NCBI GenBank assembly: GCA_041664585.1
Contig: JBAYKL010000004.1
Coordinates: 19,775 to 83,774 of the forward strand
Direction: 5' to 3'
Length of the DNA stretch: 64,000 nucleotides
From: Minisyncoccota bacterium
GTDB lineage: Bacteria; Patescibacteriota; Minisyncoccia; Phycocordibacterales; GWA1-40-21
This document shows positions 35,054 to 44,398 of this stretch, piece by piece; within the stretch, counting starts at the first letter, position 1, and each line of letters starts with the position of its first letter. The notes under the pieces were generated by a model. The model was not told the DNA's origin, ran no database searches, and saw nothing but the letters and a program-made list of their open reading frames with translations. Position numbers and translations under genes: made by a program.

Positions 35054-35824
35054 ATGGAAATTAAATATATAGACATTCACTCCCACCTCGGTTTTGAAGA
35101 CTATGGTAATGATATAGGAGAAGTAATAAAAAGAATGCACGAGAATGGTGTAGCTACTATTACGATAGGTACTGGTTTAGAAAGCTCTAAGGAAGCCGTA
35201 AGAATCGCAGAAGAGAATGAAAATATTTGGGCATGTATTGGTGCTCATCCAGATGATAATTCAGACGAAAGTTTTGATGAGAACGAATATGAGAAGCTTG
35301 TAAAAAGTTCCAAAGTTGTAGCCATAGGGGAATGCGGTTTAGATTATTTTAGAATTAAACCAGAAGATGTAGAAATAAAAGAAAAACAGAAAGCAGAATT
35401 CATAAAACAAATAGAGTTTGCTATTAAATACAATAAACCTTTAATGTTACACATTAGAAATGCACATGATGATGCATATGAAATATTAAAGAAATATGAA
35501 GGAAGAGTAAGAGGAGACTTACATTTCTTCACTTCAAATATTACAAACGCGAAAAGATTTACAGATCTAGGTTTTACAATTTCTTTTCCAGGACTCATTA
35601 CCTACATGAGAGATTTTGATAAAATAATAAAAAGTATTTCGCTTGATAAGATCCACGCAGAGACAGATGCTCCTTTTGTTGCACCTGTTCCACACAGGGG
35701 AGAGAGGAACGAGCCTTCATATGTTATAGAAATGTATAAGAAAATAGCGGAAATTAGAGGAGAAGATTTTGATACAGTTAGGATTCATTTAATTGAAAAT
35801 GCTAAGAAATTGTTTGGGATATAA
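35054..35824 (+). CDS. tatD: TatD-family metal-dependent hydrolase (DNase).
   Basis: 256 aa; HSHLGF N-terminal His motif, conserved ECGLDY. Confidence 0.85.
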   Translation: MEIKYIDIHSHLGFEDYGNDIGEVIKRMHENGVATITIGTGLESSKEAVRIAEENENIWACIGAHPDDNSDESFDENEYEKLVKSSKVVAIGECGLDYFRIKPEDVEIKEKQKAEFIKQIEFAIKYNKPLMLHIRNAHDDAYEILKKYEGRVRGDLHFFTSNITNAKRFTDLGFTISFPGLITYMRDFDKIIKSISLDKIHAETDAPFVAPVPHRGERNEPSYVIEMYKKIAEIRGEDFDTVRIHLIENAKKLFGI

Positions 35825-35863
35825 GCATTGCTCCCATCTCTTCAGTACGCTATAATATCCCTA

Positions 35864-38005
35864 ATGACCAAGAAACTAACAACTCTTTCTATACTTTTAG
35901 TTACTCTAGTCTTAATAACCGGAATCACAGCTGCTACTCATGTTCTTATACCAAATAAACAAACTTCAGAATCTACCTTTCACTCCCTAAACGATATCTA
36001 CAATCTAATAATGTCAGGTACAACAAAAGATGTACCAAACTCTCCTGTATTTACAACAAATACTCCCACAGCAACCACCTCACACTCCATAGGAGAGATC
36101 TACACCATATTAGCTAATATAAAAGTAGACAAAGCTTCAAGCACTACAGGTTCACTTATTCCAACTGCTTCTGCATCAACAGACTACACTTTAGAAGATA
36201 TATGGAATTTAATAAATAACGGTACATATGCTACCAAAGGAGCACACCTCAGAGCTACTACTTCTAGTCCCGTTCCTACTATGCATACCACTTCAGAGAT
36301 CTATGACCACTTAAACACAACATTCAGAAACAATCTTTCATTAAGTAAAGTCAGAAGTGGCGCATACTATTTCGGGAACTCAAATCCTGGTACTTTTGTT
36401 ATGGCTAATCTTGATGAATACTGCGATGCTAATGATGAGTGTTCGACTGGGTGGTGTGGGGATGATAGTTGGTATGGCTGGCAGACTGGGACTACACAAT
36501 GTACTACAGGAGAAATCGGATCAGTTTGTAATAACGTAAATCAATGTTCTACAGGGTACTGTGGTTACGGACGATGTACCGATGGCTCTATAGGTAGTAT
36601 GTGTGATTCAAACAGTCAGTGCTCGACAGGGTTCTGTGATGTAAATGTCACTAGTACTTGTACTGATGGAAGTATAGGTTCAGGTTGTGGTTCCAACGCC
36701 GACTGCGCTACAGGATTGTATTGTGGAGACGTATACGGAAATTATGGTTACCCAACATGTACTGATGGTTCTGTAGGCCAATATTGTGGGCCAGATTCAT
36801 GTGCCCCAGGTAATTATTGTAACTATAACGATTATACTTGCGCTGCTACTGATGGAAACTTAGGTTCAAGCTGTGGACGACAATCCGATTGCGATGCTGG
36901 GTTGTATTGTAGTGAAGTAAGTTATACATGTACTGATGGCTCTGTTGGCGCAGCTTGTTACCAGGGTAATCAATGCTCTTCAGGGTATTGTAATACTGAC
37001 TTTAGTGAATGTACTACTGGTGCACTAGGAGATGCTTGTGGAGCTAATGGAGATTGTATCTCTGCTTATTGTGGATATGACGGAGTACAGAGTTTCTGTA
37101 CTGACGGAAGTATTGGTTCAGATTGTAATACTAATATTGCTTGCTCATCAAACCTTTGTAGTACAGTAACTGGCCAATGTATTAGTGGTGAGGTTGGTTC
37201 TACTTGTACTGTATCTCAAGAATGTACTTCTACTTATTGTGATACTTCAATTGGTGAGTGTAAGTTGAACGGAGAAGATGGGACTTCTTGTGGAGGAGCT
37301 TCTGAGTGTGACTCATATCTCTGCTCAAGTAATATTTGTACCATATATCCTTTGTTAGATTTTCTTGTAGCTTATTATCCTCTAGACGAGATATATAATA
37401 CTAACAAGACCCGCGATTTGTACGAAAGCTCATTAGATGGAACATTATATGGTAATACTTCAGTGTATAGTCCTGGTAAGGTTAATGGAGCGTTTACGTT
37501 TGATGGTAACGGAGATTACATAAATGTCCCAGGCGCTCAATTCAATTTAGATGATCAATTTACGATCTCTCTTTGGTACAATTCTTCAAAAGATACAACC
37601 GCTGCAAATACTTGGACTGGTATTGCTAGTAAGGGCGGTTACAGTAATAGCTGGAGACTTTTGGATCTCGGCAAACATTTCCAGTTACAATTGACCTTTG
37701 GTACAGACACAACTCCATCCAGAACAATTAATTCTCCATCTTGGACGATTGGTACCTGGCATCATTTGGTGGTTACTTATGATAGGTCTAATATTTACAC
37801 ATATTTTGATGGGGCTCTTGTTGGTAGTCCAATAGCAGAAACAAGGACTTTAAAAACTAGCGTCCAGTCTTTGCAAATTGGTTTTGCTCAATTCTCTAAC
37901 AAAGGAAACATAGATGAATTTGCTATATGGAAACGTGCACTTACCGTAAACGAAGTTGCCCAGCTTTATAATAATGGTAATGGCATGAGTATTATTACTC
38001 CATAG
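35864..38005 (+). CDS. Large secreted surface protein, paralog 2 of the 16657 gene (same S/T repeats, 4-Cys repeats and LamG domain). An alternative TTG start is at 35828.
   Basis: Long identical peptide stretches with paralog 1 (TSESTFHSLNDIYNLIMSGT, CGDDSWYGWQTGTTQCTTGEIGSVCNN); promoter TTGCTC-17-TATAAT at 35828-35856 lies 7 nt before ATG 35864. Confidence 0.7.
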   Translation: MTKKLTTLSILLVTLVLITGITAATHVLIPNKQTSESTFHSLNDIYNLIMSGTTKDVPNSPVFTTNTPTATTSHSIGEIYTILANIKVDKASSTTGSLIPTASASTDYTLEDIWNLINNGTYATKGAHLRATTSSPVPTMHTTSEIYDHLNTTFRNNLSLSKVRSGAYYFGNSNPGTFVMANLDEYCDANDECSTGWCGDDSWYGWQTGTTQCTTGEIGSVCNNVNQCSTGYCGYGRCTDGSIGSMCDSNSQCSTGFCDVNVTSTCTDGSIGSGCGSNADCATGLYCGDVYGNYGYPTCTDGSVGQYCGPDSCAPGNYCNYNDYTCAATDGNLGSSCGRQSDCDAGLYCSEVSYTCTDGSVGAACYQGNQCSSGYCNTDFSECTTGALGDACGANGDCISAYCGYDGVQSFCTDGSIGSDCNTNIACSSNLCSTVTGQCISGEVGSTCTVSQECTSTYCDTSIGECKLNGEDGTSCGGASECDSYLCSSNICTIYPLLDFLVAYYPLDEIYNTNKTRDLYESSLDGTLYGNTSVYSPGKVNGAFTFDGNGDYINVPGAQFNLDDQFTISLWYNSSKDTTAANTWTGIASKGGYSNSWRLLDLGKHFQLQLTFGTDTTPSRTINSPSWTIGTWHHLVVTYDRSNIYTYFDGALVGSPIAETRTLKTSVQSLQIGFAQFSNKGNIDEFAIWKRALTVNEVAQLYNNGNGMSIITP

Positions 38006-38018
38006 TAAAATAAACAGA

Positions 38019-38053
38019 AAAGGCGGGCCCTTCGTGCCCGCCTTTTGCATTTC
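38019..38053 (+). terminator. Terminator ggcgggcccttcgtgcccgcc followed by a T-run.
   Basis: 8-bp GC stem. Confidence 0.75.
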
Positions 38054-38080
38054 TCTCTCTGTTAAGATATCATTTGCCTA

Positions 38081-38953
38081 ATGGAAACAAAAACCTTAAT
38101 AACAAAACCAAGCGCCGATTACGAGCTCTTAGATTCTGGTAATGAAGAAAAACTTGAGAGATATGGTAAATATATTTTGAGAAGACCAGACCCACAAGCT
38201 TTGTGGAGGAAGCTTTTACCAGAAAGTGATTGGAAAAATGCCAATGCGTATTTCTTTCGTGATAGCGATAGACAGGGTTGGAAGAAGAATTCAGAAATGC
38301 CAGATGAGTGGCAGATTTCTTTTGGTGATTTGAAATTCAACATTAAACCAACAGCTTTTAAACATACCGGAGTATTTCCAGAACAAGAACCAAATTGGAA
38401 TTGGATAAAAGAAAAAGTTAAAAATGCAAATAGACCTATAAAAGTTTTAAATCTTTTCGGATATACTGGTGGTGCTACTATTGCTGGTCTTTCTGCTGGA
38501 GCAGAAGTGACACATATAGATAGTTCAAAGACATCTTTAGCTTGGGCAAAAGAAAATGCAGAGATTTCTGGATTGAAAGACAAGCCAGCAAGATGGCTAC
38601 TTGATGATGCTAGAAAATTTGTGATGAGAGAAATAAAGAGAGAGGTTAAGTATGATGGAATAATAATGGACCCACCTTCTTTTGGTAGAGGGGGGAAGAA
38701 TGAACTCTGGAAGATAGAAGAAGACTTTTTAGATCTTTTAGATTCTTGTGCAAAAATACTTTCTGATAAACCGATTTTCTTTTTGGTAAATGGCTATGCT
38801 GCAGGATATTCTGCTCATGCCTATAAAAACGCACTTGCTCCGATAGTAGAAAAATACGGTGGAGAAATAGAGATAGGGGAACTAACAATAGAAGAATCAA
38901 AATCTGGCAGACTTCTACCTTGTGGTATATTTGCCCGTTGGTCTTCTAAGTAA
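38081..38953 (+). CDS. Class I SAM-dependent methyltransferase, RlmI/YccW-like (rRNA m5C methyltransferase family) without a PUA domain.
   Basis: 290 aa; Rossmann region LNLFGYTGGATIAG; DPPSFGRG motif. Confidence 0.6.
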   Translation: METKTLITKPSADYELLDSGNEEKLERYGKYILRRPDPQALWRKLLPESDWKNANAYFFRDSDRQGWKKNSEMPDEWQISFGDLKFNIKPTAFKHTGVFPEQEPNWNWIKEKVKNANRPIKVLNLFGYTGGATIAGLSAGAEVTHIDSSKTSLAWAKENAEISGLKDKPARWLLDDARKFVMREIKREVKYDGIIMDPPSFGRGGKNELWKIEEDFLDLLDSCAKILSDKPIFFLVNGYAAGYSAHAYKNALAPIVEKYGGEIEIGELTIEESKSGRLLPCGIFARWSSK

Positions 38954-38965
38954 TTTAAACTCAAT

Positions 38966-39799
38966 ATGATATTAGATGGCAAAAAAGTCCGTGATTTTTT
39001 AGCGGAAAATATAAAAAAAGAATTAAATAAGATTGGGCAAAAACCCAAGCTTGTTATTTTACAAGTCGGAAATGACGAGAGATCTTCCGCATATGTAAAA
39101 CAAAAGAAAATTTTTGGAGAAAAACTAGGATTTGAAGTTGAGTATGTGCAGTTTGATAAAAAAGTTTTGGAGAAGGAATTAATTTCCAGAATTAATAAAT
39201 ATAATGAGGATAAAAATACTAATGGAATAATTATTCAACTTCCTCTCCCTAAGAATCTGGACACCTTAAAGATTATTGAATCAGTTTCTTCAGAAAAAGA
39301 TGTAGATGGATTAAATTCTAAAAATTTGAGATTGGTACTTGAGGGTAGAAGCGGGGGATTTATTCCAGCGACCACAAAAGGTATTTTTTCTCTACTAGAT
39401 TTTTATAAAATAAATATAGAAGGTAAAAAAGTTGTAGTAGTAGGGAGGTCTCTGCTAGTGGGTAGACCAACAGCCTTAATGTTTTTGAATAGAAATGCTA
39501 CAGTGACGGTTTGCCATACAAAGACAAAGAACTTAAAACAAGAAATCCTAAGGGCTGACATAGTTGTTTCGGCTGTTGGGCACCCAAATCTAATTAAAAA
39601 GAGTTTTGTTAGAAGTGGGCAGATAATAATAGATGTCGGTATTACAAAAGTTGGAGATATTCTAGTCGGCGATGTGGATTATAGGGCTGTAAATAGGCTT
39701 GTGAAGGCCATAACTCCTGTTCCCGGTGGTATTGGTCCAATGACTGTTATTTCTCTCTTCGAAAACCTTTTGTTAGCCCATAGAAGACAGAATAGTTAG
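38966..39799 (+). CDS. folD: Bifunctional methylene-THF dehydrogenase/cyclohydrolase.
   Basis: 277 aa; FolD N-terminal and NAD-binding GRS..VGRP motifs. Confidence 0.9.
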   Translation: MILDGKKVRDFLAENIKKELNKIGQKPKLVILQVGNDERSSAYVKQKKIFGEKLGFEVEYVQFDKKVLEKELISRINKYNEDKNTNGIIIQLPLPKNLDTLKIIESVSSEKDVDGLNSKNLRLVLEGRSGGFIPATTKGIFSLLDFYKINIEGKKVVVVGRSLLVGRPTALMFLNRNATVTVCHTKTKNLKQEILRADIVVSAVGHPNLIKKSFVRSGQIIIDVGITKVGDILVGDVDYRAVNRLVKAITPVPGGIGPMTVISLFENLLLAHRRQNS

Positions 39800-39839
39800 T
39801 GTGATATAATAGTGAGGTTACTAGTTAATTATAAAAAAT

Positions 39840-40631
39840 ATGGATAATAAAATTGATATGTTGTTAAGCAACAAATGTTTAAAGAAAATACTAATAGCTC
39901 TAGCTGTTATTATTTCTCTTTTTGTTGTTGTGAAAATAGCAAAGGATATGAAGGAGTTTAAGTATATAGGTGATAACGCAGTAAGAAATTCTATTACTGT
40001 CGCTGGAAAAGGTGAGCTTATGGTAAAACCAGATATCGCTAATATTTCTTTTTCTATAACAGCTGAAGATATGGATGTGTCTAAAGCAAGTGACGTGGTA
40101 AATAAGAATATGGCGGAAGTTATAGCAAGCCTTAAGGCGAATGGTGTGTCTGAAAAAGATATAAAGACTACTGATTATAATATCTATCCTAGATATGATT
40201 ATGTAAAAGATGTCAGCATGTATTATTCTGGTAAACAAGTACTTGCAGGGTATAGCGTAACTCAAAGTATTGATTTGAAGATCAGAGATCTATCAAAGAC
40301 AGGTAAGATAATTACAGATCTTGGTAGTTTGAAAGTTACAAATATGAGTGGTCTCACTTTCACAAATGATAAGTATGATGATTTGGTAAAGCAAGCAAGA
40401 GAAGATGCTATAAAGCAAGCAAGAGCAGAAGCTAAGAAGCTTGCTAAATCTCTCGATGTAGATCTTGGGGATATTATTTCTTTCTCAGACAACAATAATT
40501 CTCCAATATACTATGCTAGAGATATGATGAAGTCATCTACTCTAGGAATGGGTGTTCCAGAAGCTGCTGTAGTTCCAACAGGGGAGAATAAGATTGTTTC
40601 AAATGTAAGCATTACTTACGAAATTAAGTAA
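39840..40631 (+). CDS. SIMPL-domain (DUF541, YggE-like) secreted/membrane-anchored protein.
   Basis: TM then ITVAGKGELMVKPDIANISFSI signature. Confidence 0.7.
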   Translation: MDNKIDMLLSNKCLKKILIALAVIISLFVVVKIAKDMKEFKYIGDNAVRNSITVAGKGELMVKPDIANISFSITAEDMDVSKASDVVNKNMAEVIASLKANGVSEKDIKTTDYNIYPRYDYVKDVSMYYSGKQVLAGYSVTQSIDLKIRDLSKTGKIITDLGSLKVTNMSGLTFTNDKYDDLVKQAREDAIKQARAEAKKLAKSLDVDLGDIISFSDNNNSPIYYARDMMKSSTLGMGVPEAAVVPTGENKIVSNVSITYEIK

Positions 40632-40652
40632 ATAAAGGCTATAAATTAATAG

Positions 40653-40694
40653 AAAAGAGGGCTGGATGCAAAGCATCTAGCCCTCTTGCATTTT
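40653..40694 (+). terminator. Terminator agagggctggatgc-aaa-gcatctagccctct followed by a T-run.
   Basis: 14-bp stem. Confidence 0.75.
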
Positions 40695-40763
40695 ATACCT
40701 ACTATGTGGTATTGTATTAATAAGCCCGCAAGGGCGGTTTTTTAAAGATTAATAAATTTCAAT

Positions 40764-40944
40764 CATGTCAAAACTATCAAATTACATTTTGGAAACAAAA
40801 GGAGAATTAAAGCACGTAAGTTGGCCTACAAAAAAACAGACGCTTATATTTACTTCACTTGTAATAATTATCTCAATCGGAGTTGCTATTTCTCTTGGTC
40901 TTTTTGACTATCTTTTTACAAGCATTTTAAAGATGTTTATATAA
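40764..40944 (+). CDS. secE: Preprotein translocase subunit SecE, interrupted by an apparent 1-nt frameshift at the aaaaggg homopolymer (~40797-40803). N-terminus MSKLSNYILETKG is in frame 0; ELKHVSWPTKKQTLIFTSLVIIISIGVAISLGLFDYLFTSILKMFI is in frame +1. It is absent from the ORF track.
   Basis: Manual translation of both frames; a SecE-like KxVxWP motif plus TM helix directly upstream of nusG; removing one A or one G restores a 59-aa SecE. Confidence 0.6.
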
Positions 40945-40945
40945 T

Positions 40946-41491
40946 ATGGCGAAACAAACTATAGAGGAAGGAAGACACTGGTACGCTATTCACACCTATG
41001 CTGGGTATGAAAATGCTGTTGCTAGAAATTTGAAACAGAGAATCGATTCTTTAAATATGAATGGAAAGATTTTTGATGTGGTTGTTCCTGTAGAAAAGAA
41101 AATTAAAATAAAAGGAAATAAAAGAGTTGAAGAAGAAGAGAAGATATATCCCGGATACATTTTAGTAGATATGTTGGTAGACGATGAATCTTGGTTCGTT
41201 GTCAGAAACACTCCTAGAGTTACTGGTTTCGTTGGTGCTGGAGTATATCCTGTACCACTTACTCCAAAAGAAGTAGAATTCTTCTTAGGAAAGATGGGTG
41301 ATCAGAAAGTTACTCACGACGTTGCTTTCGCAAAAGGGGAGGATGTAAAGATAGTAGACGGTCCTTTCAAAGATTTAGAGGGAAAGATAAGTGAGATAGA
41401 TAGCGAGAAGGGTAAGGCGAGAGTTATGGTCCTTATGTTCGGTAGAGAAACTTCAGTCGAGCTTGATCTTCTACAGATAAGAAAAGCTTAG
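40946..41491 (+). CDS. nusG: Transcription antiterminator NusG.
   Basis: 181 aa; NGN domain WYAIHTYAGYE; KOW motif. Confidence 0.9.
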   Translation: MAKQTIEEGRHWYAIHTYAGYENAVARNLKQRIDSLNMNGKIFDVVVPVEKKIKIKGNKRVEEEEKIYPGYILVDMLVDDESWFVVRNTPRVTGFVGAGVYPVPLTPKEVEFFLGKMGDQKVTHDVAFAKGEDVKIVDGPFKDLEGKISEIDSEKGKARVMVLMFGRETSVELDLLQIRKA

Positions 41492-41554
41492 CTTTACTTT
41501 CAGTCCAATTTCTGATACTTTATTCAAGCCTCTCAATAACTAATTAAAAAACAA

Positions 41555-41980
41555 ATGGCCAAGAAAATAACAAAAAAATTAAAACTTCAAATAGCTGCGG
41601 GTAAAGCTACCCCAGCTCCACCTATCGGTCCGGCTTTGGGTCAAGCAGGTATAAACATTGGTGACTTCGTCAACAAGTTCAATACAGCAACCAAAGACAA
41701 GATCGGAGACGTATTACCAGTAGTCATTACAGTTTATGAAGACAGATCTTATGATTTCATTCTTAAGACTCCTCCAACAGCCAGTATGATACTTAAGGCC
41801 CTTGGACAAGAAAAAGGTTCAGGTAAGCCAAATACAAAGAAAATAGGCTCAATCACAAAGGCTCAAGTAAAAGAAATTGCAGAAAAGAAGCTTGTAGATA
41901 TGAACGCAAACGATATAGCAGGTGCTATGAAAATGGTAGAAGGTGCGGCAAATTCTATGGGGGTTGAAGTAAAAGGATAA
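41555..41980 (+). CDS. rplK: 50S ribosomal protein L11. It is not followed by rplA.
   Basis: 141 aa; [14 protein letters not shown] motif. Confidence 0.9.
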   Translation: MAKKITKKLKLQIAAGKATPAPPIGPALGQAGINIGDFVNKFNTATKDKIGDVLPVVITVYEDRSYDFILKTPPTASMILKALGQEKGSGKPNTKKIGSITKAQVKEIAEKKLVDMNANDIAGAMKMVEGAANSMGVEVKG

Positions 41981-41989
41981 TAAATTAAA

Positions 41990-42027
41990 TAAAAAGGCGG
42001 AATGCGAGAGCATTCCGCCTTTTGCAT
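41990..42027 (+). terminator. Terminator ggcggaatgc-gagag-cattccgcc followed by a T-run.
   Basis: 10-bp stem. Confidence 0.75.
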
Positions 42028-42085
42028 TATTTTTTTCTCCTTGTCTACTCTTTGCAAGAGCTACTAAAAGAGTAAAATTATATGT

Positions 42086-42580
42086 ATGGAAAATACTAAA
42101 CATGTGAGACCAAGTTGGGATGAATATTTTATTCAATTAACAGAGCTTGTTGGTTCACGTGGTACTTGTGATCGCGGTCGTGCCGGATCTGTCATTGTAA
42201 AAAACAAAAGAATTATTGCTACGGGATATGTAGGAGCACCAGCTGGTTTACCAAGTTGTGATGAAGTGGGGCATGAGATGCATACCGTCACTCACGAAGA
42301 TGGAACTGTTTCTAAACACTGTATTAGAACTGGTCACGCAGAACAAAATGCGATAAATAATGCAGCACGTATTGGTGTTGCTACAGAAGGTGCCACCTTA
42401 TATTGCAAAATGACCCCTTGTTATAAGTGTGCTCAAAGTATTATCAATGCGGGTATTGTTAGAGTAGTGGCCGCTCAGGATTATCATAGTGGAGCAAGGA
42501 GCAAAGAAATTTTTAAAGAAACTGGTGTTGAGTTCGAGCTGTTGAAAGAGGAAATGACAACTTACGAAAATATGAAATAA
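42086..42580 (+). CDS. dCMP deaminase (ComEB-type CMP/dCMP deaminase zinc-binding).
   Basis: HAEQNAI and PCYKCAQ zinc-ligand motifs. Confidence 0.85.
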   Translation: MENTKHVRPSWDEYFIQLTELVGSRGTCDRGRAGSVIVKNKRIIATGYVGAPAGLPSCDEVGHEMHTVTHEDGTVSKHCIRTGHAEQNAINNAARIGVATEGATLYCKMTPCYKCAQSIINAGIVRVVAAQDYHSGARSKEIFKETGVEFELLKEEMTTYENMK

Positions 42581-42587
42581 AATATTT

Positions 42588-43139
42588 ATGAATAGAATCA
42601 TCTTAGCTGTAGTTGGTTTGCCTGGGTCTGGAAAAACAGAAGCAATAAATTATCTCATGGAGAAATATAAATGGCCGAAAGTTTATTTCGGCGATGTTAC
42701 TTTTGATGAAATGAAATTACGTGGTTTAGATATAAATGAAAAAAATGAAAGATTTGTGAGAGAAGATTTGAGGGCAAAATATGGCCAGCTTGTATATGCT
42801 CAAAAAGTTATTGAGAAAATAAAAAATATAAAAGAAGATACTAATATTTTAGTTGAGAGTTTGTATAGTTGGGATGAATATTTGGAATTCAAAAAAGAAT
42901 TCGGAGATTCTTTTAAGGTACTGGCGATTTATTCTTCACCAGAAACTCGCATCAAAAGACTTTCTGGCAGACCAATTCGTCCGCTTTCTAGAGAAGAAGT
43001 TGAATCTAGAGATTATTCCCAGATAGAGAATCTTAAACAAGCTGGCCCTATAGCAAGGGCGAATTTTACAATAGTAAATGAGGGTGAAATGGGGGAATTG
43101 TGCAGTGGAATTGATAAAATTGTTAGCAATATTTTATAA
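42588..43139 (+). CDS. P-loop nucleoside/nucleotide kinase-like protein of unknown specificity. A (d)NMP kinase is inferred from context.
   Basis: Walker A GLPGSGKTEA at the N-terminus; 183 aa; embedded in the dTMP-synthesis cluster. Confidence 0.45.
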   Translation: MNRIILAVVGLPGSGKTEAINYLMEKYKWPKVYFGDVTFDEMKLRGLDINEKNERFVREDLRAKYGQLVYAQKVIEKIKNIKEDTNILVESLYSWDEYLEFKKEFGDSFKVLAIYSSPETRIKRLSGRPIRPLSREEVESRDYSQIENLKQAGPIARANFTIVNEGEMGELCSGIDKIVSNIL

Positions 43140-43209
43140 TTGCTATTAGTTTATTTTTTGCTATTGTTTTAATAGATTTGTAATTTTAAACCTAAAATAA
43201 GGAGACTAT

Positions 43210-43836
43210 ATGAAAAAGGGATTATTTATAGTAATTGATAGCGGCGAAGGAGCTGGAAAGACTTCACAATTAAACCGTGCCAAGGAGATTTACGGTGACT
43301 CGCTGGTTTTAACTAGAGAACCAGGTGGTTCACCTTATGCTGAAGAGATTCGTCATATAATATTAAAATCTCCTTATGCAGCACAGGCAGATGCAAAAAC
43401 TTTGTTTGCTTTGTTTTGGGCAGCAAGAGCTGATCATTTAAAAAATACCGTTATCCCAGCATTAGAATCTGGGAAGACAGTAATATCTGATCGGTTTGAT
43501 TCGTCAACTTTTGCTTATCAAATTATTGCTCAGGGCGCCAAAGAATTGAAAGATTTTTTTTGGCAGATGCGAGATTTCTATCTCGGCGATCTCAAACCAG
43601 ATCTCTATATATACTTTGATATTGATCCAGTTATAGGGTTATCTCGCAAAAATAATCAGGGGGCAGATGAACGTAATCATTTCGAAGATCGAGAGATCGA
43701 ATTTCACAAAAAACTTCGGGAGGGTTACAAAGAGTTTATTACCCATGTTCCCCATGCTGTGATTGATGCTAGTCAACCAATCGATAAGGTCTGGGATGAT
43801 TTTAGATTAGTTTTAGAAAAATCTTTTGGGAACTAG
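43210..43836 (+). CDS. tmk: Thymidylate kinase.
   Basis: P-loop DSGEGAGKTSQ; TREPGG motif. Confidence 0.9.
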   Translation: MKKGLFIVIDSGEGAGKTSQLNRAKEIYGDSLVLTREPGGSPYAEEIRHIILKSPYAAQADAKTLFALFWAARADHLKNTVIPALESGKTVISDRFDSSTFAYQIIAQGAKELKDFFWQMRDFYLGDLKPDLYIYFDIDPVIGLSRKNNQGADERNHFEDREIEFHKKLREGYKEFITHVPHAVIDASQPIDKVWDDFRLVLEKSFGN

Positions 43837-43846
43837 CAACTCAAAA

Positions 43847-43877
43847 GAAAAAGGCATCCGAACGGATGCCTTTTTTG
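43847..43877. terminator. Bidirectional terminator aaaaaggcatccgaacggatgcctttttt between tmk (+) and folA (-).
   Basis: 9-bp stem with A/T flanks. Confidence 0.75.
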
Positions 43878-43881
43878 TTTT

Positions 43882-44382
43882 CTACTGTTTCCTTATGAAT
43901 TCCTGAAAGACGAAGTCGTAAGAATTTCTTTCGTCCTTCTCGTGTAGTTCGGATGAAACCATTTTCCAACCCTCTCCTAGGTTAGCATGGAAGTAAGCAT
44001 CGCCCTCACAATCAGCAGATACTTCAGTTATGTACAGTTTACTCGTTTTTGGTAGAAGCTGTTTGTAGATTTCAGCTCCACCAATAATAAACACCTCCTC
44101 TTCGTTGTTTGAGAACTTTTTAATAATTTCGTCTACAGACTTGGCTACTGTACAACCAGGAGCATCAAAATTACCTTGAGAGGTAATGACAATGTTTTCT
44201 CTATCCGGTAGTCCATGCCCGAGTCTTTTGACTATCGATTCATAGGTTTTTCGGCCCATGATTACTTTGTGGCCTCTGGTAATCTTGGCGAAATGTTTCA
44301 GATCATCAGAAAGCTTCCACGGGAGATCTCCTCCCTTACCGATCACTCCATTTTTTGCGATAGCTACAATGATTGATATCAT
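43882..44382 (-). CDS. folA: Dihydrofolate reductase.
   Basis: 166 aa; IVAIAKNGVIGKGGDLPW N-terminus. Confidence 0.9.
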   Translation of the reverse strand: MISIIVAIAKNGVIGKGGDLPWKLSDDLKHFAKITRGHKVIMGRKTYESIVKRLGHGLPDRENIVITSQGNFDAPGCTVAKSVDEIIKKFSNNEEEVFIIGGAEIYKQLLPKTSKLYITEVSADCEGDAYFHANLGEGWKMVSSELHEKDERNSYDFVFQEFIRKQ

Positions 44383-44398
44383 ATTTTTTTCTTTCTAC

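Noticed and set aside
40718-40745. Second short hairpin (ccgc-aagg-gcgg + T6) after the SIMPL gene.
   Set aside because: It has only a 4-bp stem and is probably part of the secE promoter/UTR. It is too weak to call as a terminator.
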